Assembly: GCA_027488115.1 (NCBI GenBank)
Contig: JAIYCG010000006.1
Coordinates: 41,194-65,193, forward strand
DNA: 24,000 nucleotides
Source: Comamonadaceae bacterium
GTDB taxonomy: Bacteria; Pseudomonadota; Gammaproteobacteria; Burkholderiales; Burkholderiaceae_C
Reading direction: 5' to 3'
Position numbers and translations under genes: made by a program. How positions within the stretch are numbered: the first letter of the stretch is position 1; every line of letters starts with the position of its first letter. Positions 8,449 to 17,073 of this stretch are shown piece by piece. The notes below the pieces were generated by a model that was not told the origin of the DNA, did not search any database, and worked only from the letters and a program-made list of their open reading frames with translations.

Positions 8449-10005
8449 TTAGCCAACTTGCCGATCAGTCCCAATCCAGTAGGCTTGACGAACATCGCGT
8501 TTCAAAACTTTGCCATTTGAACTTCGCGGTAGTTGGTCTACGAAATCAACAGTTTTAGGTGCATGAACTGATCCAAGCGTGCTTCTAACAAGCGCAATCA
8601 GTTCCGCTTGATCTAAGAGACGTCCTGGCTTAAGTTGAACCACAGCCTTAACTGCCTCACCCCATTTGGAATCGGGCACGGCCACCACGGCGCAGTCTTC
8701 AACATCTGGGTGACCAGAGATCACTTGCTCAACCTCTGCACTGAAGACGTTGAATCCACCAGTGACGATCATGTCTTTTTTGCGATCAACAATATAGATG
8801 AACCCAGCATTGTCTTTGTAGCCAATGTCTCCCGTATGGTGCCAGCCGTGCTCTGATACTTCTGCGGTTGCAGCTGGGTTTTGAAAGTAGCCAGGGAAAA
8901 CAAGGTCACCTCTGACTACGATTTCTCCACGTTCGCCGTTAGGCAAAATGCGCCCATCGTCTGCCATGATCTCTGCACGCTGACCCAAAGTAGCACGACC
9001 ACAACTGGCCCAAAGGCCAGGCCAGTTTTCTGGTGGCGATGTCAGCAGATCTTGTGTTGATAAAAATGTAATGAACATGGGCGCTTCTGCTTGACCAAAT
9101 GATTGGCAAATGACGGGTCCAAATACCTCCATGGCTTCTTTCAATTTAGCAGGTGCAATGGGGGAGGCTGCGATGACCATGCACCGTAAGGATGAATAGT
9201 TGTACTCTCTAACTTTAGGATGTGCCAGCAGGTTGTAAACAACAGTAGGTGGCAAGTAGAGGTGGGTGATCTTGTGTTTCTCGATGGCTTGAAGAATAGA
9301 AGTTGCATCGGCCGAAGGCAAAATCACATTTTTAGTTGAATTTGCCATCATCATCAATGCCACCACACCAGCTGCATGCGTCATAGGCGCGGCAACAAGG
9401 TGCACAGTAGGCTCTGTTGAAGGCAAACAAGTCCAAAAGGCCTTGATTGACGATTCCCAAACCCTTTGAGTCCACATCGCTGCTTTAGAGAGTCCAGTTG
9501 TACCGCCAGTAGGGAATACGGTTTCAATGCGCTCTGGATCATCAAGTGGCTCAGGGCAGGGTAGGCCTGAACGGGTCATGAACTCTTGCAAATTTAACGC
9601 ATCAATATTGTCTGAATAATCATCAATGCAAACTGCATGATCCAATGTTGGTACCTCTTGCATCAGTTGGGCTGCTTGCTTGGCAAGAGAGGAGTGAAAG
9701 AAAAGCAGTTTGCATTCGGTGGTGCGCAGCAAGGCTGCGTTCACAGCCACTGCGTTTCGCATGTTGGTAGGAACCCATTGTGAGCCTGCGCGAAAAATTC
9801 CGATCATGACGCCAAATGCGACGGGGTCATTCGGACTGTAAACAGCTACGCTACGGCCACAACAGCCCGCCGAATACAAGCCAGAAGCAACACCTTCACT
9901 TAGCTCATTGACTTGGCGGTAGGTAAGGCCTCCATGTTCATCAATGAACGCAGGCACATCAGGGCCATGCTCCAAACCGCGTCTGAAAAAATCAATAATC
10001 CTCAT
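8449..10005 (-). CDS. AMP-dependent acyl-CoA synthetase/ligase (class I adenylate-forming enzyme)
   Basis: 518 aa. Motifs seen: TGGTTGLSKAA (the P-loop-like AMP-binding motif), GWHHTGDIGY, and IVDRKKDMIVTGGFNV with a terminal SSNGKVLKR. Confidence 0.9.
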   Translation of the reverse strand: MRIIDFFRRGLEHGPDVPAFIDEHGGLTYRQVNELSEGVASGLYSAGCCGRSVAVYSPNDPVAFGVMIGIFRAGSQWVPTNMRNAVAVNAALLRTTECKLLFFHSSLAKQAAQLMQEVPTLDHAVCIDDYSDNIDALNLQEFMTRSGLPCPEPLDDPERIETVFPTGGTTGLSKAAMWTQRVWESSIKAFWTCLPSTEPTVHLVAAPMTHAAGVVALMMMANSTKNVILPSADATSILQAIEKHKITHLYLPPTVVYNLLAHPKVREYNYSSLRCMVIAASPIAPAKLKEAMEVFGPVICQSFGQAEAPMFITFLSTQDLLTSPPENWPGLWASCGRATLGQRAEIMADDGRILPNGERGEIVVRGDLVFPGYFQNPAATAEVSEHGWHHTGDIGYKDNAGFIYIVDRKKDMIVTGGFNVFSAEVEQVISGHPDVEDCAVVAVPDSKWGEAVKAVVQLKPGRLLDQAELIALVRSTLGSVHAPKTVDFVDQLPRSSNGKVLKRDVRQAYWIGTDRQVG

Positions 10006-10008
10006 GGC

Positions 10009-10980
10009 TTATTCAGGTGTGACGCCAGCACTTTGAGCAACCTTTGCCCAATACGGAATTTCTTTCACAATGCGCGCTGCAAAGACATCGGTTGGCATGA
10101 GATCGGGCTCAACACCCAAGCCTTGCAGTCGCGTTTGAAACTCTGGCTTGCTGGCAATTTTGACCATAGAGGCATTTAGTCGCGCAACAATTGCGTCGGG
10201 CGTACCAGCACGAACTAAAGCACCGCTCCAAGATACCAATTCGTAGTTAGGCACGCCTGCCTCAGAGATTGTTGGAACATCCGGCATGCTTCGCGATCGA
10301 TTCAAACCTGAAACGCCTAATGCCTTCACCGACCCCGCCTTCACTTGTGACATGGCTGATGCAACTGCAACAAAGGTTGTGGAGACTTGACCGCCAATGA
10401 GGTCAGTCAATGCTTGAGCACCACTTTTGTAGGGGATGTGGGTGATGTCCGTTCCTGCCATGGCGTTAAACAATGCCGAACAAAGCTGCGTCGTACTGCC
10501 ACTGCCAGCTGAAGAGTAAGTTAGAACGCCTGGTTTGGCTTTGGCTTCGGCTATCAGTTCTTTGACATTGTTGATAGGTGAGTTTTTAGGTACCAGCAAA
10601 ACCAGCTGTGCATTGCTAATTTTTGTGACGGCTCTGAAATCCTTGTCTGCATCGTAGGGCAGTTTTTTGTACAGGCTGGTGTTGAGGTAATGTGCTGGTG
10701 ATGTGAAAAGAATGGTGTGACCATCAGCAGGCGCCTTAGCGACTGCGTCAGTGCCTACAACGCCTGAAGCCCCTAGTCGGTTATCGACTACCACAGCAAC
10801 ACCCAGATCCTCTGACATGCCATCTGCAATAGAGCGCGCAACGATATCAAGCGCAGTGCCAACGGCAAATGGAACAATTACCCTAATTGGCTTGCTAGGA
10901 AATGTCTGTGAATTGGCGGTTGATGCACCCAGGAACATTGAACTTATTGCGAGTGATGCAAGAAGGCTAGAAAATTTCAT
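10009..10980 (-). CDS. Bug/TctC-family periplasmic substrate-binding protein
   Basis: 323 aa with a signal peptide, followed by FPSKPIRVIVPFAVGTALDIVAR. Its stop lies 3 nt after the ligase start, so the two genes appear operonic. Confidence 0.9.
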   Translation of the reverse strand: MKFSSLLASLAISSMFLGASTANSQTFPSKPIRVIVPFAVGTALDIVARSIADGMSEDLGVAVVVDNRLGASGVVGTDAVAKAPADGHTILFTSPAHYLNTSLYKKLPYDADKDFRAVTKISNAQLVLLVPKNSPINNVKELIAEAKAKPGVLTYSSAGSGSTTQLCSALFNAMAGTDITHIPYKSGAQALTDLIGGQVSTTFVAVASAMSQVKAGSVKALGVSGLNRSRSMPDVPTISEAGVPNYELVSWSGALVRAGTPDAIVARLNASMVKIASKPEFQTRLQGLGVEPDLMPTDVFAARIVKEIPYWAKVAQSAGVTPE

Positions 10981-11018
10981 ATTTATTCCTTTGATTAGTG
11001 AACATTTGGTGGCAAATA

Positions 11019-11163
11019 ATTGGGGTCAGATCAACATTAATTTCCAATCAGAGTGGCTAAAGGCAAAGGGGGGCTTCCTCATACTGGAGTACCAGAAATC
11101 GTTCAGCCCCCCTTTGCCTTTAGCCACTCTGATTGACAAAATTAATGTTGATCTGACCCCAAT
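11019..11163. mobile_element. 145-bp hairpin MITE, copy B
   Basis: It has the same 24-nt TIRs, inner stem and apical segment as copy A. TA flanks sit at 11017-18 and 11164-65. The arms are in the opposite orientation to copy A. Confidence 0.85.
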
Positions 11164-11168
11164 TATTC

Positions 11169-11927
11169 TCAAGACCCAAAGTGCATGCCGCCATTGACGT
11201 GCATGACTTGGCCGGTAATGAACTTGCCTTCATCTGATGCCAAAAAGCCAACCATGGCTGCAATGTCGTGGGCTTCGCCTTTGTGGCCCAGCATGGTTTC
11301 CATGCCGTAGGGGTGGTGTGGAATGTTGCCTGTTTCGGGGGCTCTGACTGTGTCAATGGGGCCAGGCGCAATGCAGTTCACCGTAATTTGTTGCTCACCC
11401 AATTCAATGGCCAAAGAACGGGCTAAGCCAACCAAACCGGCCTTGGAAGCTACCACGTGTGCTCTGTGGCTAGAGCCCCTGAATGCTGAAACACCCGACA
11501 CATAAACCAAGCGACCCATCTTGGGTTTCATGTGCGGCACCACTGCTTTGCTGCAAAGAAAAGCAGCATCTAAATTGGTGCCCATCACCTCGCGCCATTC
11601 CTTCAAAGAAGTTTCTAAAAGAGAGTTGACTCTTCGTATACCGGCGCAGTGAACAAAAATATCAACGCCACCAAATTGCGCAACAGTTTGTTTGACCATT
11701 TCCGTCACATTGTCTTCATCGGCAATGTTGGCAGGAAAGTGAAAAGCTTTTCCATTCAACTCGGCAATCAGAGCAAGTGTTTTTTCTGAGTCAGCATCTT
11801 TTTGCCGACTGTTGATGCAAACGTTTGCACCCAGTTTGGCCAGATGAAGTGCTACACCTCTTCCAATGTTGCGAGTCCCGCCGGTAATTAATGCGGTTCT
11901 TCCGCTCAGTGGCAATGTGGCGTTCAT
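11169..11927 (-). CDS. SDR-family oxidoreductase (FabG-like)
   Basis: 252 aa. Contains TALITGGTRNIGRG (a TGxxxGxG-type Rossmann motif), the NxAG-like HCAGI, and a catalytic Ser...Lys region of SDR type (VASKAG where YxxxK is expected). Confidence 0.9.
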   Translation of the reverse strand: MNATLPLSGRTALITGGTRNIGRGVALHLAKLGANVCINSRQKDADSEKTLALIAELNGKAFHFPANIADEDNVTEMVKQTVAQFGGVDIFVHCAGIRRVNSLLETSLKEWREVMGTNLDAAFLCSKAVVPHMKPKMGRLVYVSGVSAFRGSSHRAHVVASKAGLVGLARSLAIELGEQQITVNCIAPGPIDTVRAPETGNIPHHPYGMETMLGHKGEAHDIAAMVGFLASDEGKFITGQVMHVNGGMHFGS

Positions 11928-11955
11928 GAGGGTCCTTGTAATCTAAGCTACGCCC

Positions 11956-13311
11956 TTAGGCGGGTTGTGCTGATTCAAACAGCTGATCCAAAGCATTTGC
12001 ATCTAAGTTTTCAAGATTCCAAAGCGCCGCCAACAATCGCTCAGCAGGGGCTGCGCCTATGACTGGCTCCAACAAATCTTTGGCTTTTTCGTGAATTTCA
12101 GACCTTGGCATAGGGTCGCCCCAAGTGCCGCGCACATGTTGCACATGCTTGTGCAAAGTTTGGTCATTGTGTGTTGTGATTTTCACAATGGCTTGTCTTC
12201 CGCCAGACTTCATCAGTGACTCGCTGGCTATCAATTGAATTTTGTTGCGAATGTCGCGCACTCTGGGATCGTCCATTCGGCTGTAGTCGTGCACTGAATC
12301 AAAAGTCAGTTTTCGATCAACCAGATAAAGCGCTACCAAGTGCTGTAAGCAAATATTGGGCATGTCGCGGTTGTCGACAATGAAGGCTTCATCAGATCTA
12401 ATTTCAACACTGATGGATTTAATTTGATCCATGGCAGGCAAAGTTGGCAGCAATGCTTGCACACAATCCAAGGGCGCCTGCGCTGGCGACCCAACACACC
12501 ATTTTTTAATGTTAGATCCCAAAATTTCGCGGCCTAAAACCAATGGCGGCTCCATGCTTCGTCCTTTTGCAGGTTGTGCACGTGCTTGAAACAAAGTGCG
12601 GGGTCCTTCTAAAGCTTCTTCAAGACCCGTCCATCCAGACTGCACCAACAAGGTAGAAGTAATGGCGTTCTTGGCGCCCATGGCGCCAAACACATAGGCC
12701 TTTTGGACATGGTCGTGCTCTGCCATCCAACATCCTAATCCTGAAGACTCGTGAGCAAGGTATGAAATGAGGCGGCGTACTTGTGCGCTGTCAAAATTGG
12801 CCAGCACACTGGCGCAAGCTCCCGAACCAAAGATGGCGCCCATGGCATGTGAAGAGGTTCCAGCGTTGTTCAAGGCCATGGCGCCAAGCGCTTCAGTGAG
12901 CCTTGGCCCAACGTCGTAGCCCGCGCAGACAGCACGGATGAAATCCATGCCGCCTTTCTTTTCTCTTTGCGCCATGGCCATGGCGGTTGGCACAATGCCG
13001 CAGCCTGGGTGGGTAATCGATGTCTCGTGTGAGTCGTCAGTTTCGTCAGCGTGGGCCAACATGGCGTTGAACATGGCAGCCCAGTAGGCCGGGTAGCGCT
13101 TGCTTTGTCCAAACACAGTGGCCTCGGGCGAGCCTTCAAAAGAGGGCAATGCTTTGAACGCTCTTTTGCCTACATCCAATGCCGTGCCAGAAATCATGGC
13201 CGCAATGGTGTCCACAATGTGGTGCTTGGCTTTTTCAATGGTCTTGTCGTCCAGTTGAACATGGCGGGCTTCATCTAAAAATGTGCAAAGATGGTTTGTA
13301 ATTTGAGTCAT
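11956..13311 (-). CDS. MmgE/PrpD-family protein (2-methylcitrate dehydratase-like)
   Basis: 451 aa. The N-terminus (FLDEARHVQLDDKTIEKAKHHIVDTIAAMISG) and the AHADETDDSH motif are typical of the MmgE/PrpD family. Confidence 0.9.
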   Translation of the reverse strand: MTQITNHLCTFLDEARHVQLDDKTIEKAKHHIVDTIAAMISGTALDVGKRAFKALPSFEGSPEATVFGQSKRYPAYWAAMFNAMLAHADETDDSHETSITHPGCGIVPTAMAMAQREKKGGMDFIRAVCAGYDVGPRLTEALGAMALNNAGTSSHAMGAIFGSGACASVLANFDSAQVRRLISYLAHESSGLGCWMAEHDHVQKAYVFGAMGAKNAITSTLLVQSGWTGLEEALEGPRTLFQARAQPAKGRSMEPPLVLGREILGSNIKKWCVGSPAQAPLDCVQALLPTLPAMDQIKSISVEIRSDEAFIVDNRDMPNICLQHLVALYLVDRKLTFDSVHDYSRMDDPRVRDIRNKIQLIASESLMKSGGRQAIVKITTHNDQTLHKHVQHVRGTWGDPMPRSEIHEKAKDLLEPVIGAAPAERLLAALWNLENLDANALDQLFESAQPA

Positions 13312-13346
13312 GATGGACGAATGAATAGAAAAAATCTAGGTTGAAC

Positions 13347-14372
13347 TTATTCAACTTTCAAGCCAGTGCTGCGCGTTAAAGCTTCCCATTGCTGACCATC
13401 TTTTTCAAAGAAAACTTTGAGTGCTTCAAGGTTCGGAAAAATTGAAGCGGTTGAACCATCCGAGTCAAGTCGTTTCTTGTACTCATCAGACACCAAAACT
13501 TTGTTCATTTCTGCATGAAGTTGCGCCAGCAATGCAGGCGGCGTATTGGCTGGTGCGTACAGTGCCACAAAGCCCACAATGTTGGGGTAGGTTGGCAATA
13601 CTTCGTTGACGCCTGGCACATCGGGTGTGACTTTATTGCGCACGTGGCCGGCCACTGCCAATGACTTTAAGCGGCCCTGCTTGACCAATGGCGTAGAGCT
13701 TTGCACCGACATGATGGCCATGTCGACTTGTTTGCTGGCAAGTGCAGCCAGCAAATCGGGCCCGCCCTTGTAAGCTACTGGCACGCCTTTGGTTTTGGCC
13801 GATTGCTCCATGGCTACGCCTAAGAAATGGCCTAAGCTGCCATTGCCGCCAAAGGCCCAAGAAAGTGTGTTGGGCGAGGTGCGCGCTGCAGCAAGGTATT
13901 CGGGCAAGGTGTTGTATTTGCTTTCTCCCGGCACAATGAAGGCGTAAGGGAATGTGCACAAGTAGGCCACCGGCACAAAATCTTTGTAGGCATCATAGCC
14001 AGAGTTGCGAACCATGACGGGGTTGGCATAGTGGTTCACGCTGGTGACCAAAAGCTGCAACTCTCCAGTGGCGCTGACAGGCGATTTTGCAACTTGAACC
14101 GCCGCAATGTTGCCGCCAGCACCTGGCTTGTTTTCAACAATGACTGCAGCACCGGCATTGCGGGTTAAGTTTTCGGCCACGGCTCGGGCCAAGCCATCAA
14201 CACCACCGCCAGGAGAAAAAGGAACAACCAAGCGGAATTTTTTATTGGCCAAGGGTTTGGCTTCTTGCGCGTTAGAAATTTGAGGCAAGCCTAAATTGAT
14301 CAGTCCGCACAATAGAGCCAAACTAAACGCTCTGCGCGGGGAGGCAACATATGATCGAAATACAAGTTTCAT
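13347..14372 (-). CDS. Bug/TctC-family periplasmic substrate-binding protein
   Basis: The start is trimmed to the ATG at 14372 (MKLVFRSYVASPRRAFSLALLCGLINLG...), followed by FRLVVPFSPGGGVDGLARAV. The choice of start among three in-frame Met codons is uncertain. Confidence 0.85.
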   Translation of the reverse strand: MKLVFRSYVASPRRAFSLALLCGLINLGLPQISNAQEAKPLANKKFRLVVPFSPGGGVDGLARAVAENLTRNAGAAVIVENKPGAGGNIAAVQVAKSPVSATGELQLLVTSVNHYANPVMVRNSGYDAYKDFVPVAYLCTFPYAFIVPGESKYNTLPEYLAAARTSPNTLSWAFGGNGSLGHFLGVAMEQSAKTKGVPVAYKGGPDLLAALASKQVDMAIMSVQSSTPLVKQGRLKSLAVAGHVRNKVTPDVPGVNEVLPTYPNIVGFVALYAPANTPPALLAQLHAEMNKVLVSDEYKKRLDSDGSTASIFPNLEALKVFFEKDGQQWEALTRSTGLKVE

Positions 14373-14494
14373 GGTGTCGTGATCCGAAATTGTTTGACCA
14401 AACTTCATATTACAGAGAAAGCCAATTTGCCTCATTAGGGTAAATCTGATGGCATGGGGTCAAGTGAATTTGGCTCACACCATGGAATCTTCAG

Positions 14495-14980
14495 TTACTG
14501 ATTTTGCGTCCTAAATTCCCAAGGCGGTATGGTATTTTTGTCTCTCCAGATGCCTATAACTTTTGAACGTGCCACAAGTTCAGCTTGGGCGTAGGTTTCT
14601 CGGTCTTCCTTGGGCTGTTCTGACTCATAGTGCTTGTAGTGCCATGCCATTCCCAGCTTGATTTGCTCCAGGCAAACGTCTGTGCCATTGAGCACCACTT
14701 TGCCAACGCTTCGGCCGTATTTGTCTTTTTTCTGAAACTCAACGATGACTTGTTTGCTCTGCACCAGTTGGCTTAAGGACTGTTTGGATCTTTGTCCAAA
14801 AGCCTGAGCCTTTTCAGGGGCGTCAATGCCTAGTAGGCGTATTTTGTGTTGGGTGTTGGTGGCGTCTAGAACTGTGATGGTGTCGCCGTCGGCGACGCCT
14901 ACCACTATGCCTTGAATTGTTCCAGCATACAGCTCGCAGCTGATGAAAAGCAGTGCTAAGAAACTATATTTTGAGAGCAA
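14495..14980 (-). CDS. Secreted thermonuclease (staphylococcal nuclease, SNase) family protein
   Basis: 161 aa. A hydrophobic N-terminus is followed by VADGDTITVLD...IRLLGIDAPE...FG...YGRSVG, the SNase OB-fold signature. The only available start is a TTG at 14980 with no clear SD. It overlaps the upstream gene end by 17 nt. Confidence 0.75.
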   Translation of the reverse strand: MLSKYSFLALLFISCELYAGTIQGIVVGVADGDTITVLDATNTQHKIRLLGIDAPEKAQAFGQRSKQSLSQLVQSKQVIVEFQKKDKYGRSVGKVVLNGTDVCLEQIKLGMAWHYKHYESEQPKEDRETYAQAELVARSKVIGIWRDKNTIPPWEFRTQNQ

Positions 14981-16964
14981 TGGTGTTACCGTCTGAGGTT
15001 GCTTGCATGACTGGGCCTGCCACTCTGCAGTCGCCTATTTTGTGTACCAAGATTCCTGCTGCTAAAAGCTTAGTTTCTAATTGACTGTTAGGCTGTCTTG
15101 GGCTCGACCAAGAAAAGAACACCGCATCCTCAATGAGGGATGGGCTACCACCAAAGACGCTGATGGAACCTATGCCAGCATCGTCACTGAAGGTGGGTGA
15201 AAACCACGGTTCACTCAAATACCTCACTTCGATGTTTTTCTCAAACAAGGTGCGCTGTATTTTCTGACGTGTGACCAATGGTGTTTCTTGAGCCACGCCA
15301 TCTCGGGGGGTGATCAAAAAAACTTTGCTGAATTTTTCTGCCAGTAAGAAAGCAGCTGCATAGGTGCCTTCGGTTTGGTCCATGTCAAAAAGTACAGCGC
15401 TTCCGGTCTGCATCGATTTGATGGCTTGAATGCTGATCAGCGAATGGCGGATGTCCGAGAACAAGCCTTCGCTCATGACTGTCTGAGGCAAACATCTAGG
15501 CACACTCATTTGCGCGCCCGTGGCCAAGATAATTTCATCAGGCTTGTGCGCAACAATCGACTCTAAAGTTGCCTCTGCGCCCAACTTAAACTGCACACCG
15601 GCTTGTTGGCAAGCATTGAATTGCCAATCGTAAATACTGCTAAGCGACTCGCTGTAGGGCAAACCCGCATGGCGTCTTGTGTTTCCACCTACTTCGTCAG
15701 ACTTGCCCATCACCACAACGCGATGCCCTCTGGAAGCTGCAATCCAAGCCGCTTCAAGTCCGGCGATGCCAGTGCCCACAATCACGATGGATTTATGCTT
15801 CAAGGCAACGGGTGGTTGCCATTCCAATTCATCGGGCTGCGCCACGCGCGGATTGTTGTCACAGGCAATTGGTTTTTGATGAACGATGGTGTTCCAGCAG
15901 TTGTTGGCCGCCACACAATAACGAATGTCGCGTGCTTTGCCACTGGCAGCTTTCATGGGCCATGCAGGATCTGTAATCAGCGCCCGCCCCAGTGCCACCA
16001 AATCGACCTGGCCACTGTTCACAAGTTGGTCAGCTTCAGAAGGATCCGTAATTCGTGCAACAGCCATCAGGGGCAGGTTGGGAACTGCAGCCCTGAGTCT
16101 TTCAAATATTGCCTTGTATGGAACTCTTGGATACTGATCATTGGGCATATGCGTTTCTAACGAAGGGCCATGCGATCCTTGGGTCGGGCACAAATAGTGA
16201 ATGTTGCCGACCTGCGCAAAGTGAGCCGCGATTCGACAAGATTCTTCAATGTCGATACCGCTTTTTACGCCATCGTTGCCAGGCAACTTCATGCCGATGA
16301 TGAACTGAGCGTTTGTGGCTGAGCGAATGGCATCCACCAACTCATCCAAGACACGAACTCGGTTGACCAGGTCGCCGCCATACAGGTCTTCTCTTAAGTT
16401 AGACCAAGGCGATAAAAATTGGTGCCATAAGTGGCCATGTCCGGCAGAAATTTCAATACCGCTGTAGCCGCATCTGAAAAGTCTGGCAGCAGCTTTTGCA
16501 AAAGATTCAATAACTTCTTCAATGCCAGAGGTGCTAAGTTCGCGTGGCATGGACCAACTTAAATCATCTGCCACGGGCGATGCACCAATGGCATCTGTTA
16601 GCCTGCCGCCCACGTGTCTGGCGCGGCCGGGGTCTTGAATTTGCGCAAGGATGCGGCAGTTGTGGACTTCAACGCTTTCAGCCAAGCGTGCCAAGCCAGA
16701 CAGCTCGCTGTCGTTCCAAGCACAAACGCGCGCAGAAGATTGATGTCGTGGCAAGGCACCTATGGGCTCAGTCACAACCATGGCCGCGCCACCCTTGGCG
16801 CGATTGGCATAGTAGTGAACCAGCTTGTCTGTGACGCGCCCTTTGTCGGCCAGCGCTGTCAAAATGGCAGCGTGCACAATTCGATTTTTCAGAGGCTTTC
16901 CAGCCAATTCAAAGCGATTGAATAAATCGGGGTAGGGTGAGGCGGTAGCCAAGACTTTGCGCAT
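14964..16964 (-). CDS. Two-domain NADH:flavin oxidoreductase (OYE-like TIM barrel plus FAD/NAD(P)-binding domain; 2,4-dienoyl-CoA reductase-like)
   Basis: 666 aa. The N-terminus FELAGKPLKNRIVHAAILT has the OYE pattern. The C-terminal half has the Rossmann motif IVIVGTGIAGLEAAWIAASRGHRVVVMGKSDEVGGN. Confidence 0.9.
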   Translation of the reverse strand: MRKVLATASPYPDLFNRFELAGKPLKNRIVHAAILTALADKGRVTDKLVHYYANRAKGGAAMVVTEPIGALPRHQSSARVCAWNDSELSGLARLAESVEVHNCRILAQIQDPGRARHVGGRLTDAIGASPVADDLSWSMPRELSTSGIEEVIESFAKAAARLFRCGYSGIEISAGHGHLWHQFLSPWSNLREDLYGGDLVNRVRVLDELVDAIRSATNAQFIIGMKLPGNDGVKSGIDIEESCRIAAHFAQVGNIHYLCPTQGSHGPSLETHMPNDQYPRVPYKAIFERLRAAVPNLPLMAVARITDPSEADQLVNSGQVDLVALGRALITDPAWPMKAASGKARDIRYCVAANNCWNTIVHQKPIACDNNPRVAQPDELEWQPPVALKHKSIVIVGTGIAGLEAAWIAASRGHRVVVMGKSDEVGGNTRRHAGLPYSESLSSIYDWQFNACQQAGVQFKLGAEATLESIVAHKPDEIILATGAQMSVPRCLPQTVMSEGLFSDIRHSLISIQAIKSMQTGSAVLFDMDQTEGTYAAAFLLAEKFSKVFLITPRDGVAQETPLVTRQKIQRTLFEKNIEVRYLSEPWFSPTFSDDAGIGSISVFGGSPSLIEDAVFFSWSSPRQPNSQLETKLLAAGILVHKIGDCRVAGPVMQATSDGNTIALKI

Positions 16965-17073
16965 AAGCTCAGTAGGTTAGCTCAAATGAAGATCGCATTC
17001 GCATAATATAAGGCTACTAGAAATCTAATGTGCAATGCTTGTACCAAATTCTGACTGATTGAGGACCTATTCA

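Noticed and set aside
7981-8520. Long antisense ORFs at 7981-8520 (+), 15603-16160 (+), 732-1046 (+), 1206-1535 (+) and others embedded opposite strong CDSs.
   Set aside because: Each lies entirely within, and opposite to, a gene with clear family motifs. Their translations are Cys/Arg/His-rich and low in complexity, which is typical of shadow ORFs.
10405-10416. GGTCAGTCAA inside the Bug gene and GGGGTCAAG at about 14456, as possible degenerate termini.
   Set aside because: These are short partial matches within coding or unrelated sequence. They lack the TA flank and the rest of the TIR.
10751-11371. ORFs that translate through the MITEs (10751-11197 +, 11120-11371 -, 20857-21090 -, 6132-6368 +), sharing peptides such as NNWGQININ.
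   Set aside because: The shared peptide is simply the TIR translated. The ORFs otherwise consist of antisense or intergenic sequence and are not conserved between copies.
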